DNA of 20,000 nt from Candidatus Aminicenantales bacterium. GTDB lineage: Bacteria; Acidobacteriota; Aminicenantia; Aminicenantales; Saccharicenantaceae. The DNA lies in contig JBEKXF010000016.1 of the NCBI GenBank assembly GCA_049512315.1, positions 50,551 through 70,550 of the forward strand, read 5' to 3'. The position numbers and the translations under genes are program-made. Numbering within the stretch: the stretch's first letter is position 1; each line of letters opens with the position of its first letter. Positions 1 to 7,445 of the stretch are shown here, in pieces. Under the pieces are notes generated by a model. It had not been told where the DNA came from. It was given only the letters and a program-made list of their open reading frames with translations, and did no database searches.

Positions 1-578
1 AGGAACGGGAACATGCCGTTGAAGAACATGTCGCCCGTGTGCACGACCTTCCATGCGTCCAGGAAGACCGCGGTGTCCCCGCCGGTGTGGGCGTGAGGGA
101 AATGGACCAACCGGATGGCCTCTCCGCCGGCATAGACCGTCATTTTATCTGAGAACGTGACGCTGGGCAGGGCGTTCGCCGGGAGGGCCTTTGTTTGTCC
201 GCCCAGCAGGGTCTGGTCTTTCGCCAGAAGCGCCTGGACGTTCTCATGGGCGATGATGACCGCACCGGGACCGAAGGCCTTGTTCCCGTCCGTATGATCG
301 GAGTGCCAGTGGGTGTTCACGAGGATCCGCACCCGGTCGCCTCCAGGCAGGGGCTTGATGGCCTCGCGGATCTCGCCGCTCACGCCCTCAAACATGGCGT
401 CGATCATGAATATTCCCGCGGGGTCGGCCACGATGCCGATGTTCCCGCCGCCTCCTTGAATCATGGACACCGGCCCGGCCACCGGGATGAGCGTGATCTT
501 GGGCGGATTCTGCTGGGACTGGAGATAGAGCCCGAGACAGAAGATCGAGACAAAAATGCCGGAATATGTTCGTTTCAC
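1..578 (-). CDS. MBL-fold metallo-hydrolase (cyclase/glyoxalase II-like), probable signal peptide; 3' end runs off the window
   Basis: Manual translation from GTG at 578 (GGGAGG RBS at 585-590): MKRTYSGIFVSIFCLGL...GGNIG...IDA...VNTHWHSDHTDGN...IIAHENV...HAHTGGD...VVHTGDMFF. It carries the HxHxDH and downstream H/D metal ligands. Absent from the ORF track because it is partial. Confidence 0.9.
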   Translation of the reverse strand, partial: MKRTYSGIFVSIFCLGLYLQSQQNPPKITLIPVAGPVSMIQGGGGNIGIVADPAGIFMIDAMFEGVSGEIREAIKPLPGGDRVRILVNTHWHSDHTDGNKAFGPGAVIIAHENVQALLAKDQTLLGGQTKALPANALPSVTFSDKMTVYAGGEAIRLVHFPHAHTGGDTAVFLDAWKVVHTGDMFFNGMFPF

Positions 579-620
579 GACAGACCTCCCTTTTGACACG
601 TCAAGGAATTTCCTTTTTTG

Positions 621-650
621 ATGATATCCCCGGCCGCGCGCCGGTGTCAA
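621..650 (-). promoter_or_regulatory. Putative sigma70 promoter for the MBL gene
   Basis: Minus strand TTGACA (650-645), 18 nt spacer, TATCAT (626-621). Confidence 0.6.
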
Positions 651-664
651 ACTCCCCGTAAAAT

Positions 665-702
665 AAAAAAGGGCGGACTGCCCGACCCGGGCATCCGCCC
701 TT
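665..702 (-). terminator. Intrinsic terminator of RRM gene 1 (repeat copy A)
   Basis: Minus strand AAGGGCGGATGCCCGGGTCGGGCAGTCCGCCC followed by TTTTTTATTTT, about 40 nt after the stop codon. Confidence 0.85.
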
Positions 703-741
703 GCGTTCGAACTAAGGTTGACCGCTAAGCTAAATCAGCGA

Positions 742-1041
742 TCAGAACCGGCCGCGGCCGCCGCCGAAGCCGCCTCTGCCGCCGCCGCCGCCGCCGGCCG
801 GGCGGGGCTGGGCTTCGTTGACCTTGAGGTTCCGGCCCTTGAGGTCCTTGCCGTTGAGACCGCTGATGGCCTTGACCGCCTCGTCCTTGTTCGGCATCTC
901 GACGAAGCCGAAGCCGCGCGGCTGGCCGGTCATCTTGTCCGTGATGATGGCCGCTTTCTCGACCGCCCCGAAGGCCTGGAAGGCCGCCCGGAGGTCGTCC
1001 TCGGTCACCGTGAAGGAAAGGTTGCCTACGTAGATGTTCAT
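742..1041 (-). CDS. RNA-binding protein, single RRM plus Gly/Arg-rich tail (99 aa), paralog 1
   Basis: MNIYVGNLSF (RNP2) ... RGFGFVEM (RNP1) ... GGGRGGFGGGRGRF. ATG at 1041 with AAAGGAG SD; the ORF-track N-terminal extension is not needed. Confidence 0.95.
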   Translation of the reverse strand: MNIYVGNLSFTVTEDDLRAAFQAFGAVEKAAIITDKMTGQPRGFGFVEMPNKDEAVKAISGLNGKDLKGRNLKVNEAQPRPAGGGGGGRGGFGGGRGRF

Positions 1042-1168
1042 ACTCGTCTCCTTTGACGAAGGGTCCGTCCGGGTGGCTTCCCCGACGCCCCGTCCCAAAA
1101 AATCGATCGCAATAAAGGAGAGGAGTATGTCGGCTGTTAGGGCCTCTGCCCTCTATACCTTTATCCGA
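1039..1168 (-). promoter_or_regulatory. Conserved structured 5' leader of RRM gene 1 (anti-SD, small hairpin, upstream box)
   Basis: 1114-1129 is a 15/16 inverted repeat of the SD+ATG region 1039-1054. Hairpin at 1139-1152 and box ACCTTTATCCGA at 1157-1168. All three elements recur upstream of paralog 2. Confidence 0.7.
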
Positions 1169-1202
1169 CCCGTGCCCCCTTAACGGGGGAATTTCACCCC
1201 AT

Positions 1203-1231
1203 AGAGTACCATAAAAGGCCGCCCTCGTAAA
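1203..1231 (-). promoter_or_regulatory. Putative sigma70 promoter of RRM gene 1
   Basis: Minus strand TTTACG (1231-1226), 17 nt spacer, TACTCT (1208-1203), with an extended -10 TG. Confidence 0.5.
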
Positions 1232-1329
1232 ATAAAAAAAGTAGTGGACGGCCCGACCCGGGCATTCGCTCTTGCGTTCGAATAGGGGTTGACCGGTAAG
1301 CTAAATCGGCGATCAGGGCCGGCCGCGGC
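1226..1329 (-). repeat. Degenerate copy (B) of the RRM stop region, 3' UTR and terminator
   Basis: cgtaaaataaaaaaagtagtggacggcccgacccgggcattcgctcttgcgttcgaataggggttgaccggtaagctaaatcggcgatcagggccggccgcggc aligns by eye to ~657-758 with scattered substitutions. Confidence 0.9.
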
Positions 1330-1338
1330 AGGAGGGGG

Positions 1339-1373
1339 AAAAAGAGGGGAACGCGATGCCTCGCGTTCCCCTC
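1339..1373 (-). terminator. Intrinsic terminator of the M16 peptidase operon
   Basis: Perfect 13-bp stem GAGGGGAACGCGA/TCGCGTTCCCCTC (1344-1373), 4-nt loop, then a T5 tract on the minus strand, 12 nt after the stop codon. Confidence 0.9.
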
Positions 1374-1385
1374 GAGAGGCATTCG

Positions 1386-2837
1386 CTATTTCGTCTTGGC
1401 CGGAGGAGGGGGCGGGATGGAGATATCGATCGTTTTCACCTGGCCCAGCGTGGACAAGGGCTTGTCGAAATCGGCGGCCTTGCCCACGACCAGGATCTGG
1501 ACCTGATCGGGCTTGAGGTACTTCTTGGCCACGCGCAGGACATCGGCCTTGGTGACCTTTTCCACACCTGATTTCACCTTTTCGGTGAAGTCCAGCGGAT
1601 ACCCGTAATAAGCGTAGGTGAGCATCCGGTTGATGATCTTGGCCCGGCTGTCGAAACGAAAGACAAAGGAGTTCAGATATTGGTCTTTGGCCTTGGCCAA
1701 TTCCGGATCGGTCACCTCCTCCTCCGCCATGCGCTTCATCTCCTTGAGCATGAGCTCGATGGCGTGGACCGTCGACTGGGACTTCGTCTGAGCGCCGCAG
1801 CTGAACGTTCCGGGGAAGTCCAGCCGCGAATCATAATCGCCCCAGACGCTGTAGGCCAGGCCTTCGTCCGTCCTGATCTTTTTGAACATCCGGTCGAAGG
1901 ACAGGATGGAATTCATGACGGTCAGGGCCGGAAAGTCCGGGTTGCTCATCAGGCCGCCGATATGGCCGAGCATGATATTGGACTGGTTGACATCCGGCTT
2001 ATCGATGTAGTTAACCGTGAACTTATCTTCGTAGGGCACGGCCGGCCAGGCCGGCACCGCGACCGAACCGGACTTCCAGCGCCCCAGAGTCTTGTTCAGC
2101 ACGGCCTTCAGGGCGGCGCTGTTAAAGTCGCCCCAGACGGCCAGGAGGGTGTTGTTGGGATAAAAATAGGCCCGGTAGAACTTGACCACGTCGTCACGGG
2201 TTATGGACCGGACCGTGGCGTACTCGGGCTGGAGCGCGTACGGCGAGTCCTGTCCATAGATCAGCTTGCTGTATTCGCGCGAGGTGATCCCGCCGATGTC
2301 ATCGTTGCGGCGCTGGATGAAGCTTTCGACCTCGATTCGAGCCAGGTCGATCTTATTTTGGGCAAAAGCGGGATTGGTCAGCATATCGGCCAGGATCTCC
2401 AGGACCCGGTCGATGTCCTCCTTGAGCGCCGACGCCGTGACCGTGCCCGAGGTCTGGTCGATGCCGGTTTCGATCGTGGCGGCCAAAGTCTCCAGCTCTT
2501 TGTCGATCTCGTCTCCGGTGCGCGTGGCGGTGCCGCCCGTGCGCAGGGCCGTGCCGGTCAGGCCTGCCAGGCCCACCTGAGCTGCCGGTTCGAAGACCGA
2601 ACCGGTGCGGACCATGGCTTTCAGGTCGACCGTGGGAAATTCATGATCCTCGACGAGGAAGACGGTCAGCCCGTTGGCCAGCTTGAATTGCTCGACCTTG
2701 GGCATGTGGATCGTGTTCAGGGGCGGGAACGAGAATTGATCCTTGGGATTCTTTTGGGCCGCGAGCGGTCCGCCCAGCAGAAGGAGGAGGACGGACAGTC
2801 CGGCCAGGGCCTTGAGAAAATGTTTGGGAATGTTCAT
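1386..2837 (-). CDS. M16B zinc peptidase family protein, non-catalytic-type subunit, with signal peptide
   Basis: Pitrilysin-like features (LANGLTVFLVEDH, RxDEGLAYSV Arg/Tyr motif) but no HxxEH. The probable start MNIPK at 2837 has an AAGGA SD. Confidence 0.88.
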   Translation of the reverse strand: MNIPKHFLKALAGLSVLLLLLGGPLAAQKNPKDQFSFPPLNTIHMPKVEQFKLANGLTVFLVEDHEFPTVDLKAMVRTGSVFEPAAQVGLAGLTGTALRTGGTATRTGDEIDKELETLAATIETGIDQTSGTVTASALKEDIDRVLEILADMLTNPAFAQNKIDLARIEVESFIQRRNDDIGGITSREYSKLIYGQDSPYALQPEYATVRSITRDDVVKFYRAYFYPNNTLLAVWGDFNSAALKAVLNKTLGRWKSGSVAVPAWPAVPYEDKFTVNYIDKPDVNQSNIMLGHIGGLMSNPDFPALTVMNSILSFDRMFKKIRTDEGLAYSVWGDYDSRLDFPGTFSCGAQTKSQSTVHAIELMLKEMKRMAEEEVTDPELAKAKDQYLNSFVFRFDSRAKIINRMLTYAYYGYPLDFTEKVKSGVEKVTKADVLRVAKKYLKPDQVQILVVGKAADFDKPLSTLGQVKTIDISIPPPPPAKTK

Positions 2838-2860
2838 CGTTTGGTCCTTTCTGCGGCGGT

Positions 2861-4366
2861 TCATTTCTGGGGAACGACCTCACCGATGACCCTGTGGGTC
2901 CGGATGAGGTAGGTGTTGGCCATGCGTTGGACGTCGGCGGTCGTGACGGCGTTGATGGCCGCGATCTGGTCGAAGGCCTGGTGCCAGTCGCCGAACACGA
3001 CGTCGGAATTGGCCAGGAACTCGGCCAGTCCAGCGTTGCTCTGCATCCGATCGATCAGCCCTTTGATGGCGGACCGTTTGTATTTGGTCAGCTCATCGGC
3101 CGTGACCGAATCCTTCTTGATCCGAGCGATCTCCTCGTCGATGAGGTTGAGGCATTCCTCGGAGGTGTGGCCGGGGGTCGAGGCCGCCAGGAAGGCGATC
3201 AGACTGGCCTGCTTCTGTCCGGGGAAGCCGTTAAAACCCTGGACGACCACGGCCACTTTCTTGCTCTTGACGAGAGATTCGTAGAGCCGGGACGAGCGGC
3301 CCTGGCCGAGGATATTGGCCAGCGCGTCCAGGGCTTCATTGTCCTTATGCGCCGCGGGGGGGCGGTGGTAGCCGAGGATAAGAATGGGCATCGACATGGC
3401 CGTGACCGTGGCCGACCGTTCGCCCCACTGTTCCGGCTCTGTGGTCCGGATGGGTTCGGGTTTGGGGCCGGAGGGGATGCGGCCGAAATACAGGTCCGCC
3501 AGGCGAAAGACCTCCTCGGGCTGGACATCGCCCACCACGGCCGCGGTCAGGTTGCCGGGGCTGTAGTATTTTTTGAAATAGTCCTCCACGTCCTGCCGGG
3601 TGATGGACAGCAGGTCGGACATGTGGCCGATGACGTGGTGATGGTAGGGGCTGGCCTTGAAGGCCGTGGCCAGGAAATCCTCGACCAGCCGGCCGACCGG
3701 CTGTGTTTCGACACTCAGCCGCCGCTCCTCCCGGATGACGCTCACCTCCTTGTAGAATTCGCGGAAGACCGGATGGAAAAAGCGGTCCGAGGTCAGGGAC
3801 ATCCAGAATTCGAGCCTGTTGGAGGGCAGACTGCTGATGTATTGGGTGGCGTCGAAGTTGGTGTAGGCGTTCAGGCCGGTATCGCCCTGTCGCATCAGCA
3901 GGTCGAAGCATTCGTTGTTGACCACGAAACTCTTGGCCTTGGCCTCCAGGTCGTCGAATTTTTTCTGCAGCTCCTGGACCTTGGCCGTGTCGGGCTGAAG
4001 CTTGGACTGCTCGGCTTTGAGGGCGGCGTGGGCCGAGTCCAATTGGGCCAGGACCTGCGATTCCTGTTCATAATTGGTCGTGCCCACGGTCTGGGTGCCC
4101 TTGAAAGCCATGTGTTCCAGGATGTGGGAGATCCCGGTGATGCCGTACGATTCGTTGGCCGAACCGACATCGGCATAGACATGGAAGGAAGCGACGGGTG
4201 CCTCATGGCGCTCGAGAACGATGAATTTCATGCCGTTGGCCAGGACGTGAGTCTTGACCCTGCTTTTCAGGGCGTCGAAGCTCTGGGCTTGGACGATCGC
4301 CGCCGCCATCAGGAACAGAACAAGAGAGAGACCGGATCGAAATCGAGGACGGGACCTCATCTGCAT
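2861..4366 (-). CDS. M16B zinc peptidase, catalytic subunit, with signal peptide
   Basis: Inverted zinc motif GISHILEHMAFKG, LNAYT and EVSVIREERR. The start MQMRS at 4366 is preceded by GAGGAGG. Confidence 0.92.
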   Translation of the reverse strand: MQMRSRPRFRSGLSLVLFLMAAAIVQAQSFDALKSRVKTHVLANGMKFIVLERHEAPVASFHVYADVGSANESYGITGISHILEHMAFKGTQTVGTTNYEQESQVLAQLDSAHAALKAEQSKLQPDTAKVQELQKKFDDLEAKAKSFVVNNECFDLLMRQGDTGLNAYTNFDATQYISSLPSNRLEFWMSLTSDRFFHPVFREFYKEVSVIREERRLSVETQPVGRLVEDFLATAFKASPYHHHVIGHMSDLLSITRQDVEDYFKKYYSPGNLTAAVVGDVQPEEVFRLADLYFGRIPSGPKPEPIRTTEPEQWGERSATVTAMSMPILILGYHRPPAAHKDNEALDALANILGQGRSSRLYESLVKSKKVAVVVQGFNGFPGQKQASLIAFLAASTPGHTSEECLNLIDEEIARIKKDSVTADELTKYKRSAIKGLIDRMQSNAGLAEFLANSDVVFGDWHQAFDQIAAINAVTTADVQRMANTYLIRTHRVIGEVVPQK

Positions 4367-4445
4367 AGAAACCTCCTCAAAAAATTTTCTTTGATAAATT
4401 ATGCGAAAATCATGGATAGGAACTGCGGCCCCCCAATACAAAATC

Positions 4446-4475
4446 ATGATATTCTCAGTTGGGAGTCGGTGTCAA
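4446..4475 (-). promoter_or_regulatory. Putative sigma70 promoter of the M16 operon
   Basis: Minus strand TTGACA (4475-4470), 18 nt spacer, TATCAT (4451-4446). Confidence 0.6.
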
Positions 4476-4740
4476 CCTCTTTGCTTCTCGGCACCTTCAG
4501 GGTGATCGCCGCACCAGATGCGGCAATTCTCGATGAGCGTCCCACAGAGATGATATTCGCAACCGCGGCTCCGCCTTAAGGACTCGGGAATCATGAATTG
4601 ACTGAGGCATCGAAAGAGTCGATAAAGTGAGCTCTCTCGGTTCTTTCATGAAGCGGGAGACAGGATCACGAGAACCAAGGATCGGATCCGAGCCGCGTGC
4701 CGGGATGCCGTTTGGTCCGGGTATTCGAAGGGAGAATGAC

Positions 4741-5185
4741 ATGATAGAGAACGATGACAAGAGCGAATCCGTATTCCAAAAAATGAAGGATAAGGCCAAG
4801 GGGGGTTCAGACCGGCATCGCCGGGAAGATCTCCAAGGCCTCCGAAGCCGGTTGGACAAAACTCAAGGAAACGATCGACGACGTGGACGAGGGCCTGCCT
4901 CTCATTCGTGAACTCGGATACTCGGTTGAAAGCATCCAGATCGGCGTCGGGCTGATTCCGGACATTGTCATCGAGATCAGCGGATTGTCCAAGACGATGG
5001 ACAAAAAAGCCTATCATCGGATCGTTGAGGAAAAGAAGGACAAGAAGCTCCTTTGCAGCGTCCTCAAAACAGTTCAATCCGCGTCAGGGTTGCACGACAA
5101 GATCCATATCGCAGGAATGAAGTCCGATACCGCGGCCATCACTCTCGACATGCCGCCGAAGATCAATCTGAAGTTCAAGAAATAA
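4741..5185 (+). pseudogene. Hypothetical protein (~147 aa) split by a +1 frameshift in a G6 run
   Basis: ATG 4741 with GGGAG SD gives MIENDDKSESVFQKMKDKAK. Removing one G from 4800-4805 joins it to GVQTGIAGKISKASEAGWTKLKETIDDVDEGLPLIRELGY...KFKK* (ORF 4883-5185). Confidence 0.65.
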
Positions 5186-5240
5186 TAAGGCCCTTTGCCG
5201 AATTCTAATTGACAGGGAAGATCCAGGCTGGCCCCGTAGT

Positions 5241-5269
5241 ATAGGAATTTCCTTTTTCGCCGTCGCACG
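5241..5269 (-). mobile_element. IS91/ISCR oriIS-like end motif (orphan copy)
   Basis: Minus strand CGTGCGACGGCGAAAAAGGAAATTCCTAT is near-identical to the motif at 18638-18666 that terminates the IS91-like remnant. Confidence 0.55.
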
Positions 5270-5334
5270 TGTACGCCGACCCTTTGGCTCAGAACTGTAA
5301 ATGACCGCTTCGCCAGGCCGGGAAAGCTCTCTCG

Positions 5335-5529
5335 GAAATAAAAAAGGGCGGACTGCCCTCCCCGGGCATCCGCCCTTACTTGCGAATAAAGGTCGACCGC
5401 TAGGCTAGATCAGCGATCAAAGCCGGCCGCCGCCGAAGCCGCTCGTCCGGAGACGATCGGTGCGGGGCCGGGTTTCGTTGACCGTCAGGCTGCGACACTT
5501 GAGGTCCTTGCCGTTCAGTCCGGAGATGG
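5335..5529 (-). pseudogene. 3' fragment of an RRM gene with its 3' UTR and terminator (repeat copy C)
   Basis: Encodes ISGLNGKDLKCRSLTVNETRPRTDRLRTSGFGGGRL* (5527-5417), matching the C-terminus of paralog 2 with in-frame deletions. It lacks RNP1/RNP2. The terminator hairpin is at 5340-5377. Confidence 0.9.
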
Positions 5530-5571
5530 TCGTGCGCTTCTCCATAGCCAATTGGTGATATACTTTGAAAT

Positions 5572-6390
5572 ATGGATCCCTCAGAAATAATACCTATCAT
5601 CATTGTTGAGAACTTAACTAAACATTTTGGTGACTTAAAGGCGGTGGACCATATCTCTTTTTCTGTGCAGAGAGGGGAGAGATTTGCCCTTCTTGGTCCG
5701 AACGGGGCCGGGAAAACCACGACCATTAAGATGCTCATCACCTTGCTCAAACCGACGAGCGGTGAAGGGATCATTGCCGGCCACAATTTCGTCACCCAGC
5801 CGGCCGAGGTGCGTCGTTCCATCGGCTACGTGCCGCAGCTGATTTCCGTGGACGGCACCCTGACGGCCTATGAGAACCTGATGCTCATGGCCCGTCTTTA
5901 CGATGTTCCGGCTCATGAAAGAAAGGATAGAGTCGAAGCGGCCCTGTCGTTCCTGAAATTAGAAAAATTCGCCCATTCCCTGGTGCGGACATTTTCGGGC
6001 GGCATGATCAGGAAGCTCGAGGTCGGGCAGGCCATTCTCCATCGGCCCCAGGTGCTGTTCTTGGACGAGCCCACGTCAGGACTCGATCCCGTGGCCAAAA
6101 ACGATGTCTGGGAGAATCTCATGGAGTTGAAGACGAAATATCAGACGACGGTTTTTTTTACCACTCATAATATGGAAGAAGCCGACGAAGTCTCCAGCCG
6201 GGTGGCGATCATGAATCACGGACGTCTGGCTGTCATCGGCACAGCCGAGGAACTCAAAGAGAAAACCGGCCAGGGGAAGACCCTGGAGGATGCCTTTATC
6301 TTTTTTACGGGTGACGCGCTCGAGGACACCACGCCCGCCCGTTTTGGAGAGATCCGGCGGCAACGACAGAATGAACGAAAGCTGGGATAA
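5572..6390 (+). CDS. ABC transporter ATP-binding protein, DrrA/NodI-like
   Basis: Walker A GPNGAGKTT, Q-loop GYVPQ, signature FSGG, Walker B LFLDEPTSGLD, H-loop TTHNMEEAD. Confidence 0.95.
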   Translation: MDPSEIIPIIIVENLTKHFGDLKAVDHISFSVQRGERFALLGPNGAGKTTTIKMLITLLKPTSGEGIIAGHNFVTQPAEVRRSIGYVPQLISVDGTLTAYENLMLMARLYDVPAHERKDRVEAALSFLKLEKFAHSLVRTFSGGMIRKLEVGQAILHRPQVLFLDEPTSGLDPVAKNDVWENLMELKTKYQTTVFFTTHNMEEADEVSSRVAIMNHGRLAVIGTAEELKEKTGQGKTLEDAFIFFTGDALEDTTPARFGEIRRQRQNERKLG

Positions 6391-6395
6391 AAAAC

Positions 6396-7172
6396 ATGAT
6401 GAAATATGTCTTCGAAAGTTTGAAAAAAGCTCTCGTCATAGCCGGGACGGAGACACGAAAACTCCTCCATGATCCAACCGAACTTGTGTCCCGCGCCGTT
6501 CAGCCCATCCTCTGGCTCGGGATCTTCGGCGAGGCTTTGAGCAAGGTCCGGGCCATACCGACCGGAGGAGTCACATATCTCCAGTTCATCACTCCGGGCA
6601 TTCTGACGCAGTCGGTGACCTTCGTGGCGATCTTTTACGGACTTTATATCATCATGGATAGGGACGCCGGCATTCTCCAGAAATTCCTGGTGACACCCAC
6701 CCCTCGATTGGCCTTGGTCTGGGGCAAGATGCTCTCCGCGACGGTCCGGGGGCTCAGCCAGGCCCTGATCGTTTTCATCTTTACTTTTATATTAGGGATC
6801 AAGCTCCACATCGGTTTTTGGACGATCCCTGGGGTCATGGTGATCGTCCTTCTCGGGGCAAGCTTTTTCACCGGCCTATCGATGGTCGTGGCGTCCATCG
6901 TCAAAACCCGGGAACGTTTCATGGGCATAGGTCAGGTCATTACCCTGCCGCTCTTTTTTGCCTCCAATGCCATCTATCCAATTCATATCATGCCTCAGTG
7001 GCTCCAGGTGGTGGCCAAGATCAATCCCTTGAGCTATATGGTCGAAGGCCTCCGGTCTTTATTGGTCAGCGGCGTGACGTCCGGGGTTCTGGTCGATATC
7101 GGTATTCTGCTGGCGGCCACTTTGGTCATTTCTTCGATCAGCGCGTACATGTATCCCAAGGTGGTGATCTAA
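6396..7172 (+). CDS. ABC-2 type transporter permease, DrrB-like
   Basis: About six hydrophobic segments, YLQFITPGI, DRDAGILQKFLVTP, PLFFASNAIYP..MPQWLQ..AKINPLSY. Confidence 0.93.
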   Translation: MMKYVFESLKKALVIAGTETRKLLHDPTELVSRAVQPILWLGIFGEALSKVRAIPTGGVTYLQFITPGILTQSVTFVAIFYGLYIIMDRDAGILQKFLVTPTPRLALVWGKMLSATVRGLSQALIVFIFTFILGIKLHIGFWTIPGVMVIVLLGASFFTGLSMVVASIVKTRERFMGIGQVITLPLFFASNAIYPIHIMPQWLQVVAKINPLSYMVEGLRSLLVSGVTSGVLVDIGILLAATLVISSISAYMYPKVVI

Positions 7173-7204
7173 GGGCGGACTGCCCAACCCGGGCATCCGC
7201 CCTT
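7171..7204. repeat. Isolated copy (D) of the RRM terminator hairpin
   Basis: AAGGGCGGACTGCCCAACCCGGGCATCCGCCCTT is identical to 19053-19086 and overlaps the permease stop codon. Confidence 0.92.
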
Positions 7205-7291
7205 TGCGGCGAACAAATGCTCTGTCGTGACCTCCTGGTCGAGTCTTTCCAATGACTTACTGAAATTTGATGATTTGATTCCGGAAAAGAA

Positions 7292-7320
7292 TTGTAATCG
7301 CTGCCGGAATGTGCTATAAA
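7292..7320 (+). promoter_or_regulatory. Putative sigma70 promoter for the glucan synthase gene
   Basis: TTGTAA (7292-7297), 17 nt spacer, TATAAA (7315-7320), with an extended -10 TG. Confidence 0.6.
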
Positions 7321-7445
7321 GAGGGATAAAGATTGGCCTTGCTTCGATGTAGATTGATTACGAAGCTCCACATTTCGAATTATCCTCTTTCGAATGCTAT
7401 CCGTTGGTGTTCATTGTTCCCTTACATAAAAAGGAGATCCCGAAC

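Noticed and set aside
718..1056. Similar plus-strand ORFs MTAK...RSEPAAAAAEA at 718-1056 and 19102-19470
   Set aside because: Their similarity is just the reverse complement of the paralogous RRM genes.
1680..4579. Long plus-strand ORFs of 410 and 561 aa
   Set aside because: Antisense shadows of the M16 peptidase genes, expected in high-GC coding DNA, with no recognisable motifs.
5417..5545. In-frame ATG giving a 42-aa peptide from the RRM fragment
   Set aside because: No SD, lacks RNP1/RNP2, and the first codons are non-homologous junction sequence. Treated as a pseudogene fragment.
7373..7395. Direct repeat TTTCGAAT x2 upstream of ndvB as an operator
   Set aside because: Too short to distinguish from chance in an AT-rich spacer, and no cognate regulator is in the window.
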